Positions 26,650-28,249 of a DNA stretch of 28,249 nucleotides are shown here, in pieces. Origin of the DNA: Elainellaceae cyanobacterium (GTDB taxonomy: Bacteria > Cyanobacteriota > Cyanobacteriia > CAZCXK01); NCBI GenBank assembly GCA_051117555.1, contig JBNPEG010000200.1:1-28249 (forward strand), read 5' to 3'. Below the pieces are notes generated by a model, which worked only from the letters and a program-made list of their open reading frames with translations, had not been told where the DNA came from and did not search any database. Each line of letters opens with the position of its first letter. The stretch's first letter is position 1. Both the position numbers and the translations under genes were made by a program.

Positions 26650-28128
26650 ATGGCTTACAGTTTTCCGACTCCTTGGCAGCAGCAGTTCCGGGCTTGGGTG
26701 CAACCCTATCCTGAAGCGATCGCAGCAGTGACGTGTGGGCTGCTCACTCTGCTGGGATGGCTTGCTTTAGGCGGTAATTGGATTGGTCTTGGAATTTGGA
26801 TTTTGCTGGCGGCTTATGTCATTGGTGGGTTCGACAGTGCTCGTGAAGGCTTGACGACCCTGTGGCAAGAGCGGGAACTGGACGTAGATCTGCTCATGAT
26901 TGTGGCAGCGGTGGGGGCGGCGATTCTTGGGCTGTGGCAGCGAGAGTATTACCTGCTGGTCGATGGGGCGGTGCTGATTCTGATTTTTGCGATCAGCGGA
27001 GCGCTGGAAAGTATCGCGATGCACCGAACAGAGCGGAATATCCGCAGTCTGATGCATCTCACACCAGATACCGCGCGAGTGATTGCGCAGGGGCAGGAAC
27101 AGTTGGTGGCCACGCAGCAGTTAAAGGTGGGCGATCGCATCCTCATCAAACCAGGAGAGTTGATTCCCACGGATGGCCTGATCCGTGAGGGGCACAGTAT
27201 AGTGAATCAGGCTCCTATTACTGGAGAGTCAGTTCCAGTGGAGAAGGCGATCGGCGATGACGTGTTTGCGGGCACCATTAACGGTAACGGAGCATTGACG
27301 GTTGAACTGCACAAGCCGCCAGAGAGCAGCCTAATTCAGCGGGTGATTCGTATGGTTGAGCAGGCCAAAACCTCTGCACCGCCGTCTCAGCAGTTTTTAG
27401 AAATGTTTGAGCGGGGCTACGCTAAGGTGATCGTGATGGTAGGGCTGCTGCTGGCAACGCTACCCCCCTTGCTGCTGCAGTGGAGTTGGGAGACAACCAT
27501 CTACCGAGCACTGGTTTTTCTGGTAGTAGCGTCGCCCTGTGCGCTGATGGCAGCGATTATGCCGACACTGCTGTCGGGGATTGCACGGGGAGCGCGCCAG
27601 GGCATTTTGTTCAAAGACGGGGCGCAGTTGGAGACGGTAGGGCAGACGCAGGCGATCGCCTTTGATAAGACCGGCACCCTCACCACCGGCATACTTCAGG
27701 TCAGTGACCTGATACCGGCACCGGGCGTCAGTGCAGATCGGGTCTTGCAGCTTGCAGCATCTTTAGAAGCATATTCAGAACATCCCATTGCTGAAGCAGT
27801 GGTGCAGGCCGCTCAAAGACAGAAACTACCTTTGATAACCGCTAAAGCGGTGCAAGCAGAAGCAGGGCAGGGTATTTCTGGCACCCTTGAAGAAGTATCC
27901 GTTCGCTTAGGTAAACCCATGTTTGTTACGGCTGACTTAGCAGCAACAACTATCGGTGCAGCGTCCCCCATGCGACCAGAGAGAAATGATGCGATCGCTC
28001 CTACTTTACTTCAAGCTGGCCAGCGCCTTGAGCAAGAGGGTAAAACCGTTATCTGGGTAAGTCAGCAACGGCACGTGCTGGGCTTATTAGCAGTCGCTGA
28101 CCAAGTCCGCCCGACAGCGGCGAGCTTA
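26650..28128 (+). pseudogene. coaT: P1B-4 heavy-metal (Co/Zn) exporting ATPase, CoaT-like, interrupted by IS insertion
   Basis: TGES, VASPCAL (SPC), DKTGTLT, SEHP; homology stops after AVADQVRPTAASL, before the TGD and GDGIND motifs; reading frame ends at 28170 inside foreign sequence. Confidence 0.8.
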
Positions 28129-28249
28129 TACCAATTCTCTTGGTTGAGGCTACAGATTCTGCAATTATGAAGGAGCAGAGTTTGGCATATATCCATGGCA
28201 GGGGTCTACCGATTAGAAATTTCGGAAAGTAGCGAGGAGTTAAAACATC
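28129..28249 (+). mobile_element. IS630-family element left end with start of transposase (ATG 28195, runs off window)
   Basis: TA target at 28127-28128, then TACCAATTCTC...; ORF MAGVYRLEISESSEELKH resembles cyanobacterial IS630 HTH N-termini (from memory). Confidence 0.7.

Noticed and set aside
1..28249. Abundant GCGATCGC octamers as a novel repeat
   Set aside because: This is the well-known cyanobacterial HIP1 sequence; its presence throughout the PKS cluster only suggests long residence in a HIP1-bearing lineage

Overview
Cyanobacterial chromosomal window, rich in HIP1 (GCGATCGC) sites and STRR/REP-type repeats. The left part (1-11.3 kb) holds small conserved genes, a NACHT-GUN4 gene bracketed by inverted REP elements, several MITE/REP-like elements, hemL, an FAD oxidoreductase and a PaO-type Rieske oxygenase. 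The centre (10.1-26.3 kb) is a biosynthetic gene cluster I cannot match to a characterised pathway. A divergent LeuA/homocitrate-synthase-like gene faces an operon encoding: (1) a loading adenylation-ACP-KS-AT-DH-ER-KR-ACP polyketide synthase; (2) a docked ketosynthase with intact catalytic residues but no AT or ACP; (3) a signal-peptide-bearing START/SRPBCC protein; (4) a 3-ketodihydrosphingosine-reductase-like SDR; (5) a GT-C-like polytopic membrane protein. No thioesterase is present, which suggests an unusual (glyco)lipid pathway. At the right end is a decayed cobalt-export locus: a coaT-like P1B-4 ATPase interrupted by an IS630 element, with its MerR-type promoter retained and an IS630 remnant where coaR would normally lie. 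All family assignments come from motif recognition by eye; no database search was run.
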